Positions 51,334-62,052 of a stretch of DNA of 64,000 nucleotides are shown here, one piece after another. The position numbers and the translations under genes are program-made. Numbering within the stretch: position 1 is the stretch's first letter; each line of letters opens with the position of its first letter. The notes under the pieces were generated by a model. It was given only the letters and a program-made list of their open reading frames with translations. It ran no database searches and was not told the origin of the DNA. The stretch is from Phycisphaerae bacterium. GTDB lineage: Bacteria; Planctomycetota; Phycisphaerae; UBA1845. Where the stretch lies: the NCBI GenBank assembly GCA_963666835.2, contig CAXXGO010000006.1, forward strand, positions 2,336,001-2,400,000, written 5' to 3'.

Positions 51334-53200
51334 GTGAAGTCAAACACGGTTTTAGCGGCGGTTTTGGTTGTTGCATTGGTCGTGTGCGGGATCGGCTGGA
51401 TGATTCTGCCGTCCATTCAGGATCCGGAGCGGGGGGTCCACGCCGAGGCGTCGATGTACGTCGAGCGCGCGCGGCGGCTGCTCCACAAGTATGATGTGAA
51501 TCTGACCCGTAGCGGTATGCTCCTCGATCAGTTGGCGATGGCTGATGTGGACGTGGACATCGAAGATCCATCGGTGATTGCAGACTCTGAGGATGCTGCC
51601 GACGCCTATCAGAGTGAGCACGCCGCCGCTTGGGAGGCGTATCAGCCGACGGATTGGCAGGAGGATCCCCCCCTGAAGGCGCGAGCTCAATACGGGAACC
51701 TGGCGCGGCAGATTAGCGAAGGGATCAACGAGCGCGCTGCTCTTCTTGAGGGGAATGAGGAGTGGCTTGAAGAGGCCCTCGATGCCGTGGAAGATGCTCT
51801 GGCCGTCTCCGACGGCGGTGTCGACGCCGGATCCCATGCCGAGGCGAATCGTCTTAAGGCGGTTATTCAATTCCATATAGGCTTGGCCGAGAGCCTGCGG
51901 GCAGAGGCGACGCGTCGTGAGGCGTTGCCCCTCAAGAACGAGTTGATGGCATTAGCCGCACAGGTTGCGGAGCTCGAGTCTGCTCAAACGCTTGTTGCGG
52001 ACAGCAAAATAGACGAGCAGATTCGCGCCGGCGAGCAGGAAGTTGTGAAAGGCGGAAAGTGCCTTGCGTGCCCGCCGGCAGTCGCTGGCGACGCTGGATG
52101 CTCGGATTGAGGAGCTGTCCGGAAAGCTGTCGGCCGCACGGGCTCGGATGGCTCAGGCGGAGTCGGCGATGGCTAAGCTGAGGGCGTCCGGCTCCGATCT
52201 CACCGATCCTGAGGGGAGTGAGAAGTTCGCCAGAGAGTTTTCGAAGCAGGATGAGATCTACCGGGCCGCCGCAAGAGAAGTCCGGGAGATCGAGGCAGGG
52301 GCTCTTCCGAATGCCCGCATTGATCGGAGCGGAGACTACTTGGCCGGCGCCTACGTGGAAAATGGCTCTCGCACGGATCTCACCGTGGAACACGGTCTGA
52401 AGTACTACCGGGGCCGGCGGGCTGTGGCGGCGGCTGAGCTCGCCGTTGAGGAGCAAGCCGTGGAGGATGCGCGGTCCGACGTTGTGCGTCTGACCGAGAT
52501 GAAAGAGGCTTTCCAATCCGACCAGGATCGTGCCATTCAGCGCGTTCCGAGCGCGGTCTCCGCGGCGGAAGAGGCGTTTGACGAACTGAGTCGGATCGAA
52601 TCAGAAGCCTACGCGATGGAAGATACCGCTCTGGACTTGCTGGCGGACGCGGTGAGTGCCGCGAAGCAGGCGGCCGGATACGCTGCGGACCAGACGCGCG
52701 ACGCGCGGGAGTGTGCTCAGGGGTTAGCGCCGGAGGCGGCTGCCGGTTCACCTTGTGCCAAGCGGCAGGAGGACGGTTGGATTGGTGGGCATATAGCTGC
52801 TCAGGCAGCCGATGCCGGGTTCGCGAAGGCCTGGATCCACTATCAGCGGTTCATTGCCCATTCTCGCAATGCTGACATACTGGCTAAGGTGAAGACCCCC
52901 CTGGGATTGGCGGAAGCGGACGCGGATGCGGAGCGCGAGAAAGCCGCCGAAGCTCACGACGCCGGCGTCGAGGAAGTGGCCGACGCGATGGCCGAGCTCG
53001 AGCGGGCTCATCGTGAATCGGGTCGTCATTGGACGGTCGTTGCTCAACAGGCCGCCGGGCTGAACCTGATGGCGTTGTTCGGTCACCCCTCATACCGTGA
53101 CGACGCTGAAGCGGCTTATCGCGAGGCGGTCAAAGGACGTGAGGACCGAGATTCGGCGCGGCCCTTCTTGGCGCGATTGGCGGATATGGAGGGCGACTAG
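51334..53200 (+). CDS. Membrane-anchored coiled-coil hypothetical protein; one frameshift near 52050
   Basis: ORFs 51334-52110 and 52064-53200 join into continuous Ala/Glu-rich helical sequence if one A is removed from gtgaaaggcg. Confidence 0.7.
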
Positions 53201-53271
53201 CCGCATTCGTGGGTGTGATACTGAATTATTGCCAGGTCAGCCTTAGGGGGTTGTTAGTTTAGGTTTCGCGG

Positions 53272-53300
53272 TTGACTGGGCACTTGGGGTGAGCGATAAT
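53272..53300 (+). promoter_or_regulatory. Putative sigma-70 promoter of the sigma factor gene
   Basis: TTGACT-17bp-GATAAT. Confidence 0.55.
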
Positions 53301-53449
53301 AACAATAGTGACGATCTAAGGTGGTACTGGAGCGTGGTGCCGAGTACGGTTTCCGAATCCAGGCCGGAGCGTCGCGCCGGGAGTGGGGGCTTCCGTGAAG
53401 GGGCCTTTTCATCGGGGTGGTCGCTCGCTCAAGCTAGCTGAAGCGGACG

Positions 53450-55117
53450 ATGGCGAAGTTTTTCAACAGTGATCTGGCGGAGTTGGCTCATCAGCTCGCT
53501 CTCTCTCCGCGCCGTCTGCGTGTGGAGCAGATCCTGGGGATCGAGAAGCTGCTGGAGTTGGTGGAGCCGGACCGGGCGTACCCCTTCGAGTTCATCTGTC
53601 ACGCCATTACGAAATACCACAAGCGCGGCCCGGAGACGAGTGCTCTGGTGCCCGGCAAAGCGGTCGTTGGTGATCTTGTGACCATGGCCGAGACGCTTTC
53701 CCGGGGTGCGTCTTTGACTGTGGAGGAGCTCGGCGGATCGTGTCTGGCGCACGAAGAGGTTGCTGAGGAGCTTCACGTCAGCAGTAAGACCATCCGGAGG
53801 TGGCGAGCCCGCGGATTGATGGGCCTTCGGGCTTCCTTTGAAGATGGAGTGGGCCGTCTGGTTTTCCTTCGGGGGACGGTCGACCGGTTCGTGCGGCAGA
53901 ATAAGGACCTCGTGGCTCGTGGCGCGGCTTTCAAGCAGCTTACTGAAACGGAGCGCGACCGGATTGTTGAACGGGCGCGGGAGTTGGTTGCCGGTGGGGC
54001 GATTAAGCTGCACACCGTGGCGCGGACGATTGCGGAGGAGTCGAGCCGGGCGATAGAGACTATCCGCTATACCTTGCGCCGCTACGACGAGACTAATCCG
54101 GGTTCGTCTTTGTTTGCGGGACCGGGTCGCGATGCGGTCAGCGAGCGGCGTTTGGCGATTAGCCGATGCCGGGAGGCCGGCGAGACGGTTGCGTCCATTG
54201 CCGGAGCTTTCGACTGCACTGCCGAGGAGATCGAACGAATTCTCAGGCAGGGTCAGGTGCAGCAGTGGAAGGAGAATCTTCCCCAGTACGTGTACAACGA
54301 GCTGTTTGATGCTCCCGAAGCGGATGAGATCATCCTGGCGGCGGCTGAGCCGCCGCCGTCGACTGTGCGAGGACCGTCGCCCTCGGCGGACACCCCACAG
54401 TACTTGCGTTCGCTCTATCAGACTCCGCTTCTGACCCGGGAGTTGGAGGCCGATCTGTTTCGACGATACAACTATCTCAAATACCGCGCCGCACGGGTGA
54501 TCGAGGAGATTGACTCGGAGGACGTGCCGGTCGAAGCCTGTACGCGGGCTCAGGATCTGCTGGCTCAGGCTGAGACGGTTAAGCGGCGGGTTGTGCGGGC
54601 CAATCTCCGATTGGTAGTGAGCATCGCCAAGCGGCACGTGGGATGGTCGCCGAAGTTCTTCGAAGTCATTAGTGACGGGAACGTGTCGCTAATGCGTGCG
54701 GTTGAGAAGTTTGACTACGCCCGGGGGAACAAGTTCAGCACCTACGCTTCGTGGGCGATTATTAAGAACTTCGCCCGTTCGATTCCCGAGCAGCATTACT
54801 ATTGCTCTCGTTTCATGACCGGGCAGGACGCCGTGCTCGAGGGCGCGGCGGACGAGTCTGTGGAGCAGGTACACGCCAGTGACCGGCAGCGCGTCCGGGA
54901 GCTGATTTCGGAAGGGCTGGCGTCGTTGACGGACCGGGAGCAGGCCGTGGTGCAGGGGCACTTCGGTTTGACTCCGCAAGGCGCCACTCAGACTCTCGAG
55001 CAGCTTGGGAAACGCTTCGGGGTGACCAAGGAGCGCGTCCGGCAGATTGAACAGCGGGCTCTGGCTCGGCTGCGAAGTGTGCTGGCTCCTTCGCTCATCG
55101 ACGCCATTTCCGATTGA
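53450..55117 (+). CDS. Sigma-70 family RNA polymerase sigma factor with a long N-terminal HTH-containing extension
   Basis: ANLRLVVSIAKR, LMRAVEKFDYARGNKFSTYASWAI, TLEQLGKRFGVTKERVRQIE. Confidence 0.93.
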   Translation: MAKFFNSDLAELAHQLALSPRRLRVEQILGIEKLLELVEPDRAYPFEFICHAITKYHKRGPETSALVPGKAVVGDLVTMAETLSRGASLTVEELGGSCLAHEEVAEELHVSSKTIRRWRARGLMGLRASFEDGVGRLVFLRGTVDRFVRQNKDLVARGAAFKQLTETERDRIVERARELVAGGAIKLHTVARTIAEESSRAIETIRYTLRRYDETNPGSSLFAGPGRDAVSERRLAISRCREAGETVASIAGAFDCTAEEIERILRQGQVQQWKENLPQYVYNELFDAPEADEIILAAAEPPPSTVRGPSPSADTPQYLRSLYQTPLLTRELEADLFRRYNYLKYRAARVIEEIDSEDVPVEACTRAQDLLAQAETVKRRVVRANLRLVVSIAKRHVGWSPKFFEVISDGNVSLMRAVEKFDYARGNKFSTYASWAIIKNFARSIPEQHYYCSRFMTGQDAVLEGAADESVEQVHASDRQRVRELISEGLASLTDREQAVVQGHFGLTPQGATQTLEQLGKRFGVTKERVRQIEQRALARLRSVLAPSLIDAISD

Positions 55118-55207
55118 TCTTCGCGGCAAGAGCTGGGGTTGTTGGTCGACCGTCCTTTCGTCTCCCGGTCAAGGGTGGCCTGCGCCGCGACCGATAAATC
55201 CCTAGTT

Positions 55208-55933
55208 ATGTACGTGCTTGGTATCATTCTGGCTCGAGCGGGTAGCAAGGGGCTTCCGGACAAGTGCGCCCGTTTGCTTCTGGGACGGCCGGTCATCAGC
55301 TACACGTTCGACCATGTCGCGGCCAGCGACCGCCTCAGTGCCGCGGTTCTCTCGACGGACTCACCGGTGTTGCAGGGCATGGCTCGGGCGGCGGGTGTGC
55401 CGGTGATCGAGCGTCCGGCGGAGCTGGCGACTGATACGGCTACAGTGGACGACGCGGCGCGGCACGCAGTTGAGCGGTGGGAGGCTATGCGCGGAGTCGT
55501 CGTCGATGCGGTGGCGCTTTTGTACGGCAACATCCCGGTGCGGGCTCCCCATCTGATCGACCGGGCGATCGAACAGCTTGCCGGCAGTGCGGCGGACTCG
55601 GTCCGCAGTGTCGCGCCGGTTTCCAAGCAACACCCCGACTGGGTGTCGCGGTTGGATGGCGACCGGATGATTCAGTTTCGCCCCAACAGCATCTACCGTC
55701 GGCAGGATCTCGAGCCACTGTATTATCATGATGGAGCGGTTGCGGCTGTCACCAGAGCGGCACTATTCGGAGCTTTGGCTACTCCGGACGACCATCAGGC
55801 TTTTCTGGGGGCCGACCGGCGTGCGCTGATCCAAGACCCCCAAGACGCCGTGGACATTGACGGCCCGGTGGATTTCTTCTTGGCGGAGGCGATTCTCAGG
55901 GCCCAGGAGGGGGAGGCGCATGGCCGAGATTGA
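55208..55933 (+). CDS. neuA: Acylneuraminate (CMP-nonulosonate) cytidylyltransferase
   Basis: ILARAGSKGLPDK, STD, RPAELATD, RRQDL, VDID. Confidence 0.9.
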   Translation: MYVLGIILARAGSKGLPDKCARLLLGRPVISYTFDHVAASDRLSAAVLSTDSPVLQGMARAAGVPVIERPAELATDTATVDDAARHAVERWEAMRGVVVDAVALLYGNIPVRAPHLIDRAIEQLAGSAADSVRSVAPVSKQHPDWVSRLDGDRMIQFRPNSIYRRQDLEPLYYHDGAVAAVTRAALFGALATPDDHQAFLGADRRALIQDPQDAVDIDGPVDFFLAEAILRAQEGEAHGRD

Positions 55934-56999
55934 TGAGGCCTACGATGTGGTTCTACCCGTAGTACTAGGTGGGCATAGGATTGGGCCCGGGCAACGCACA
56001 TTCGTTATTGCCGAAGCGGGAGTCAATCACGACGGCTCGACGGAGAAGGCCCTGCAATTGGTTGAAGCCGCCGCCGATGCCGGGGCGGATGCGGTGAAGT
56101 TCCAGGTTTTTCGCGCCGCAGATCTGGTGACGGAATCCGCCCAAGCCGCGGACTACCAGCAGAAGCAGTGCGGCGCGGAATCGCAGCGGGCTATGCTGGA
56201 GAGGCTCGAGCTGTCGGATGAAATGCTGTCGGCTGTTCGGCACCGTTGCCGGGAGCGGTCTATTCTCCTTTTGGCTACACCGTTTGGACCGGCGGAAGTC
56301 AATACGTTGGCGGCGCTCAGGGTGGCCGCGATCAAGATCGCCTCGACGGACCTGACCAACGAAGCTCTATTGGATGTCGCAAGTAACGTCGGCGTGCCGC
56401 TGATCGTATCGACGGGGGCGGCGACTGAAGACGAGATCCGATCGGCCGTCAAGCGCCTGCAACGCCGGCGGTCGTTGGGTGGGTTGATCTTCCTGCATTG
56501 CGTGAGCTGTTATCCGGCGCCACCGGAGGCGCTGAATCTGCGGGCGATTGCGGCTTTGCAGCGGATTTCCGCGGTCCCGTGCGGATTCAGTGACCACAGC
56601 AGGCTGGTGCAGTCGGGGGCGTGGGCGGTGTTGGCCGGGGCTTGTGTGCTGGAGAAGCACTTCACGCTGGATCGTGCCTCGTGCGGTCCGGACCATGCCA
56701 TGTCGCTGAATCCGCAGGAGCTCGCCGACTATGTCGCCGCCGTGCGGTTGGTGGAAAGCGCCCTTGGCGATGGCCGGCTTGGAGCGACGGACCTGCAGGC
56801 TGACGTTCGTTCGGCCGCGCGCCGGAGTATTGTGACCGCTCGGTCGGTGTCGGCGGGAATGCCTCTGGTGGCGGCGGATCTTAGTTTCAAGCGCCCCGGC
56901 ACGGGGATAGCTCCGGGCGACATCGACCGTGTAATTGGCCGGCGGGCGGCGACTGATATCCCGGATGACACCTTGCTGACATGGGAAATGCTGTCATGA
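55920..56999 (+). CDS. neuB: N-acetylneuraminate/nonulosonate synthase with C-terminal SAF domain
   Basis: IAEAGVNHDG, VKFQ, KIAS, HCVSCYP, GFSDH, EKHFTLD, KRPGTGI. Confidence 0.95.
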   Translation: MAEIDEAYDVVLPVVLGGHRIGPGQRTFVIAEAGVNHDGSTEKALQLVEAAADAGADAVKFQVFRAADLVTESAQAADYQQKQCGAESQRAMLERLELSDEMLSAVRHRCRERSILLLATPFGPAEVNTLAALRVAAIKIASTDLTNEALLDVASNVGVPLIVSTGAATEDEIRSAVKRLQRRRSLGGLIFLHCVSCYPAPPEALNLRAIAALQRISAVPCGFSDHSRLVQSGAWAVLAGACVLEKHFTLDRASCGPDHAMSLNPQELADYVAAVRLVESALGDGRLGATDLQADVRSAARRSIVTARSVSAGMPLVAADLSFKRPGTGIAPGDIDRVIGRRAATDIPDDTLLTWEMLS

Positions 57000-58147
57000 G
57001 ACGTGGGACGCGCGCATCGCGAGTCCGCCGGGTTGCCGTCGTGACCGGCACGCGGGCGGAGTACGGCTTGCTGCGCTCCGCAATGGAGGCGATTGATCGT
57101 CACCGGCGGCTCAAGCTGCAGACCGTCGTTACCGGAATACACTTGCTGAGGAAGTTCGGGCATACGGTGGACGAGATTACCGGCGACGGCTGGAAAACCG
57201 ATGCCCGGGTGAGAATGCAAAGAGGAGTCGATTCCGATCTGGATCAGGCGGAAGGGTTGGCTCGCGGCGTAACCGGTATCGCCCGGTTCCTCCAGCGAGC
57301 TGATACGGATATCGTGCTGGTCTTGGGTGATCGGATCGAGGCTATGGCCGGGGCACTCGCTTCCGTGACGACGGGGCGCCTGCTTGCTCACATTCACGGT
57401 GGGGACATTGCTCCGGGCGATCTGGACGAGCGGCTTCGCCACTCCATCACGAAGCTGGCCCAGCTCCATCTCGCAGCCACCCGTCAGGCTCAACGCCGGA
57501 TCATCCGCATGGGAGAGGACCCCGAGCGAGTCAAATGGGTCGGCGCTCCCGGGCTCGATCGACTCCGGGAGATCGCGAGGGACCATCGCCGCACAGCGCG
57601 TGAACGCAAGCACGCTCTTATCATCCAGCATCCGTGCGGCCGTCCGGCAGAACAGGAGCGCAAGGTTATGAATGCGATCCTTCGCGCGGTTGAGGTGGAG
57701 GGGCTCGCCCGGACGATCATATACCCCAACACGGACAGGGGGCACGCGGGGATCATCGCGGCGATTGAGGCCCACCGACGAGGCAAGCCGGCGGATGTTG
57801 TGAGGGTCGACCGCTCACTTCGGCGGGACGACTATCTGGCGGCTTTAATCGACGCCGATGTCCTGGTCGGCAACTCATCGAGCGGGGTGATTGAGGCGCC
57901 CACGGCCGGGACCCCGTCGATCAACGTGGGAGCCCGTCAACGCGGCCGGCAGGCCGGCGGCCGATCTGTGGTTGATGCGGATGAGTCTATCGGCTCGATC
58001 CGGGTGGCTCTGCGAGCTTCCTTGGGCGGTCCTCGGCAAAGGGGCGGGACGGTATACGGCGCCGGATGCGCCGGTCCGAGAATCGCGGAGGAGCTAGCCT
58101 CTGTGCCACTGAACCCGTCGTTTCTTCGCAAGATAAACACGTATTAG
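56996..58147 (+). CDS. neuC: UDP-N-acetylglucosamine 2-epimerase (hydrolysing)
   Basis: TGTRAEYGLL, LGDRIE, HIHGGD, YPNTD, GNSSSG, RQRGR. Confidence 0.95.
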   Translation: MRRGTRASRVRRVAVVTGTRAEYGLLRSAMEAIDRHRRLKLQTVVTGIHLLRKFGHTVDEITGDGWKTDARVRMQRGVDSDLDQAEGLARGVTGIARFLQRADTDIVLVLGDRIEAMAGALASVTTGRLLAHIHGGDIAPGDLDERLRHSITKLAQLHLAATRQAQRRIIRMGEDPERVKWVGAPGLDRLREIARDHRRTARERKHALIIQHPCGRPAEQERKVMNAILRAVEVEGLARTIIYPNTDRGHAGIIAAIEAHRRGKPADVVRVDRSLRRDDYLAALIDADVLVGNSSSGVIEAPTAGTPSINVGARQRGRQAGGRSVVDADESIGSIRVALRASLGGPRQRGGTVYGAGCAGPRIAEELASVPLNPSFLRKINTY

Positions 58148-58415
58148 CGTGCTCCGTACTCTGCACGTGCTGTCTTCCGGACGTCGCGGGGGGGAGGCGT
58201 AGGCGTCGATCCAGCGCCTGGGCCTGAAGCCGCCGATGGTCCATAATTCCGCCAGCGGGGACGGGCGTGGCACGTCCGTTTTGGCTACAACCCGTCTAAT
58301 GCTCATGGAAGGGACCTAATTCGGTCGATGTGCCGTGACGATAAACGTGCACGGGGACGGAGTACGTCGAGTCTTTGCTGGGGGGGAGTGTGTCCAGAGA
58401 CACCGAGGGAGAGCT

Positions 58416-59294
58416 ATGGCCGTTGAGACTGCCGATAACACTAAGATCATCGTAGACAAGGCGCTCGCGCAGATTGGGGACATCGCGACTCTTCCGGAAG
58501 TGACGATCAAGATCATCCAGATCGTCGAAGATCCCAAGAGTACGGCCCGCGACCTGCACGAGGTCATCAAGAATGACCCGGCGTTGTCGGTCAAAGTCCT
58601 CAAGGTGGTTAACTCCGCTTTCTACGGCCTTCCCGGCCAGGTGGCCAGCGTCGATCGAGCCATCATTCTGCTTGGACTGTCCGCGGTGAAGAACATTGCG
58701 ATTGCCGCGTCCATTGCCCGGCTGTTCAAAGGGCGGCGGATCTCCGAGCAGTTCAGCGCTTCGGACTTGTGGCGGCACAGCGTTGCGGTGGCGGTCGTGG
58801 CGCATGACATCGCCAAACTCTCGCCTCACCCTGTGATGGCGGATGAGATATTCGTGGCCGGGATGATTCACGATCTGGGCACGATGGTGGAGCGTCAGGC
58901 ATTCCCTGACCAGTTTGCGGAAGCGATCAACCGCGGGCTTAAGGGAGATCGCAGTTTCCTCGAATGTGAACGGCAGGTCATGGGGGCGGATCACCAGGCA
59001 TTTGGGGTCGGCCTGACCACCAAATGGAAATTCCCGCGACACCTGCGGGCGGCCGTCGGCTTCCACCACAACACGGAGAACCTCAGCGCAGAACTTCGCA
59101 ACATGGCGACGCTCATCCAGATGGCGGACGTTTTGTGCTGCCAGGAGGAGGTCGGGTTCTACCTGACGGCCCATAACGGCACGATTACCGAGGATATGTT
59201 GGATCTTCTTGGTATCACCAACGAGCAGTTGGAGCAGATCCGCATCGAGCTGCCTGAGAAGGTCGCCGACGCCGAATCCACGCTGGCCAGCTAA
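58416..59294 (+). CDS. HDOD-domain signalling protein
   Basis: TLPEV, DPALSVKVLKVVNSAFYG, WRHS, GMIHDLG, WKFP, FHH. Confidence 0.93.
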   Translation: MAVETADNTKIIVDKALAQIGDIATLPEVTIKIIQIVEDPKSTARDLHEVIKNDPALSVKVLKVVNSAFYGLPGQVASVDRAIILLGLSAVKNIAIAASIARLFKGRRISEQFSASDLWRHSVAVAVVAHDIAKLSPHPVMADEIFVAGMIHDLGTMVERQAFPDQFAEAINRGLKGDRSFLECERQVMGADHQAFGVGLTTKWKFPRHLRAAVGFHHNTENLSAELRNMATLIQMADVLCCQEEVGFYLTAHNGTITEDMLDLLGITNEQLEQIRIELPEKVADAESTLAS

Positions 59295-59785
59295 GCCGGC
59301 GGGATTTGGAAACCACCCCCAAACACTCTCAATTGCAGGGCTCTTTCCGCGCGGCACGGTCGCCCTCGGGAGGGCTTGTTCACGCCTTTGAGCGATTCCT
59401 GGATCAACAAGGTCGTGCTGTTGCCCTGAATCGTACGGTGCTGTCCGGGACCGAAGTCAGAGGTTACAGGTGTTCGGGCACTGGGGTGGCACATCCTTGG
59501 TTTCCTCAGCGCGCGGGGAGCATTCTACGGCTTCAGATCGGAAGGTTGGGAGTAAGTCCGGTATCTCGTGGGAGCCTGCCCCGCCGAATGGCTCCCAGAG
59601 ATTCGCTCTTTGGTGCAATCATGTCCGTGAACGGCCGTTATTCGCCATTTAAGGCAAGTGTCGTTTACTAGAAACAGGAGAATAAGGTCGTTTTGATGAA
59701 AATCGGGCGAAACGGCAGGTGTGGGCCCGGCTTGCGTGTAGCTTCGTTGGGGCCCTTATGGGGATGGGCGCTATCGCCAGAAGAC

Positions 59786-59874
59786 CGGAGAGGGCGGGAT
59801 TCGAACCCGCGGTACGGAAATTACCGCACACTGGTTTTCGAAACCAGCTCCTTCAGCCGCTCGGACACCTCTCC
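59786..59874 (-). tRNA. tRNA-Ser(CGA); CCA not encoded
   Basis: GGAGAGG acceptor stem, CTGGT-TTCGAAA-ACCAG anticodon arm, long variable arm, GGTTCGAATCC. Confidence 0.95.
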
Positions 59875-60619
59875 AAAGGGGGCGGACGGGCGATTCGAAG
59901 TCGGCCTGCGAGACCATAGGATCGCAGCACGACCCAGATGACCTATCTTGCCGCTCCTGACCGCGAGCCCGTTCTGCCGAGCAGAGTGTACCGCAGGGGT
60001 GGGCAGGGTAGCAACCCTCGGGTGTAGTTGGTTTCGCGAGAAATCGGTGATGTCCCGCGCGGGTTCTCGGCGATGTCTCTCGAGCCTCAGCGAAGTACCG
60101 GCAGGTTAGCGCGGAACGCGGGGCCGGCTTACGCCGTTGGAGTGCCGGCCGGAATCGCGAGTGTGATCGGTGCGGCTGCCCCTCGCAGGGAAAAGCGTGT
60201 GACCGCAGCTACGGTCCGCTGGCGGTACGCTGCTTGCAAGAGAATGCTGCAACAGCCGGGACGGTGGCGTTGCCGTAGATTGGGGTGTGGTGCCTGTTAG
60301 CGGCGCGGCAAGCGGCGCGTGGCCGTGGCTTTGAGCTGCAACGGGGAAACCCTCGAATGGGCGTCGGATGGACGGGCTATTCCAAATCCTTTGGGATTGG
60401 TCTCCGATAAGCGACTAACAGCGCGTTAGGAAAGGGGACCGGCTCCGATCGACTTCCACCAACCGCACCAATAGAGGCCATTGGGAAGGCGCCTTTATCC
60501 TCTTCGACAGACTGCTGAGGTGAACGATGCTTTCGGTGTTAGCATATCGGACGAGCGGCTGCGAAACGCCGTTTGAGGCTTGCCCATCCGGCAACAACAA
60601 CGCACGGGAGTGACAATCT

Positions 60620-62050
60620 ATGTCGCAAACACAGCCTCCGAGGAAGACGTCGCCGGGGGATATGACTCCGGGCAAGTATATTGCGTTAGCTTTGGCGCTC
60701 GCGGTGTTCATCCTTCCGCTGGTGTACGAATTCCCGGGTCTCTCGGTCGAGGGGAGCAGGGTTTTCGGGATATTCCTGGCGGCCATTGTTCTGTGGGTAA
60801 CCGAAGCGATTCCGCTGCATGCCACGGCGGTGGTTATCATTTTGGCGGAGATCCTCCTGATCAGTGACCGTGCCGTCATCGGCATTCCGGAGGGGTTTGA
60901 CGCGCCGACGTATCGCCGGTTCTTTGCGACGCTGGCCGATCCGGTGCTAATGCTGTTTCTGGGCGGGTTCTTCCTGGCCCACGGGGCAGCCAAGTTCGAC
61001 CTGGACCGCAACCTGGCGCGGGTGTTGCTTCGTCCGCTCGGCACGTCGCCGCGGATGATTCTGCTGGGTTTGATCGCGATTACGGCCTTGTTCTCGATGT
61101 TCATGAGTAATACGGCGACCACGGCGACGATGATGGCGGTGGTGATTCCCGTCATGAGCCAGCTTCCGCCGAAGGATCGCATGCGGACCGCTTTTGCCTT
61201 GTGCATTCCCATCGCGGCGAACGTGGGGGGGATAGGGACACCTATCGGTACGCCGCCTAACGCGATTGCGATCGGGGCTTTAGCCCGCGAGGGCATTAGC
61301 GTGGGGTTTGTGCAGTGGATGCTCATGGCGGTTCCCTTTGTTGTGGTTATTCTCCTGGTTGCGTGGCTGCTACTGGCGAAGTTCTACTCCGGCGGTTGCG
61401 CGGCGATTGAGCTGAAGATTGACTCGAAGTTCCAGATGTCGCGTTCGGCCAAGGTCTTCTACGTGGTCTTCGCCGCAACCGTTGTGCTGTGGCTAACGGA
61501 GAAGCTGCACGGGATGAGTTCGAGCATCGTGGGTTTTGTGCCCGTGGTGATCTTGCTTTCGACCCGCGTGTTCTCGGCGAAGGACCTGCAGTCCATCCAA
61601 TGGCACGTGTTGTGGCTGGTCGCGGGAGGTATCGCCCTGGGCGTGGGAGTGGGCACCAGCGGCTTCGATCGTTGGCTGATCGGGCTGGTCGAGTGGGATC
61701 GAATATCGCCCGGTTTGATCGTGGCTTTGCTCTCGTTGGTTGCCCTGGCGTTCAGTACGGTAATATCCAACAGTGCCACGGCGAACCTGCTGGTACCACT
61801 GGCCATGTCGCTGGCGGTGTCGGGGGCGGTGGAGATTAACCCGATGTTGGTGGCGGTGTTCGTGGCAGTCGGTTCGTCGTTGGCGATGGCATTGCCGATC
61901 AGCACACCGCCGAACGCGGTGGCGATGAGCACGGGGGCGGTGCGAACCAAGGACATGGCGATGATTGGAGTCATGGTCGGCGGGGTCGGCTGGCTGCTCT
62001 TTCTGCTGGTGGCCCGGTGGTATTGGGGCGTGCTCGGAGTGCTGTCTTAG
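60620..62050 (+). CDS. SLC13/DASS family anion transporter
   Basis: WVTEAIP, LFLGGF, SMFMSNTAT, TPIGTPPN, ISNSAT, LPISTPPNA. Confidence 0.95.
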   Translation: MSQTQPPRKTSPGDMTPGKYIALALALAVFILPLVYEFPGLSVEGSRVFGIFLAAIVLWVTEAIPLHATAVVIILAEILLISDRAVIGIPEGFDAPTYRRFFATLADPVLMLFLGGFFLAHGAAKFDLDRNLARVLLRPLGTSPRMILLGLIAITALFSMFMSNTATTATMMAVVIPVMSQLPPKDRMRTAFALCIPIAANVGGIGTPIGTPPNAIAIGALAREGISVGFVQWMLMAVPFVVVILLVAWLLLAKFYSGGCAAIELKIDSKFQMSRSAKVFYVVFAATVVLWLTEKLHGMSSSIVGFVPVVILLSTRVFSAKDLQSIQWHVLWLVAGGIALGVGVGTSGFDRWLIGLVEWDRISPGLIVALLSLVALAFSTVISNSATANLLVPLAMSLAVSGAVEINPMLVAVFVAVGSSLAMALPISTPPNAVAMSTGAVRTKDMAMIGVMVGGVGWLLFLLVARWYWGVLGVLS

Positions 62051-62052
62051 TG

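Noticed and set aside
52040..52070. Programmed frameshift in the coiled-coil gene (and in xrtH)
   Set aside because: It would need +1 slippage on a short A run with no recognisable slippery heptamer; it matches the insertion-error pattern elsewhere
58268..58286. Sigma-54 promoter upstream of the HDOD gene (TGGCAC...)
   Set aside because: The GG-to-GC spacing is not the required 10 bp
59295..59786. Integrative element at the tRNA-Ser 3' end
   Set aside because: No integrase and no duplicated tRNA 3' end found; the flanking genes look chromosomal
1609..61974. Many long antisense or alternate-frame ORFs (e.g. 1609-2589, 49279-50661, 53429-54637, 56729-57775)
   Set aside because: Shadow ORFs of well-supported genes in GC-rich DNA, with no recognisable motifs
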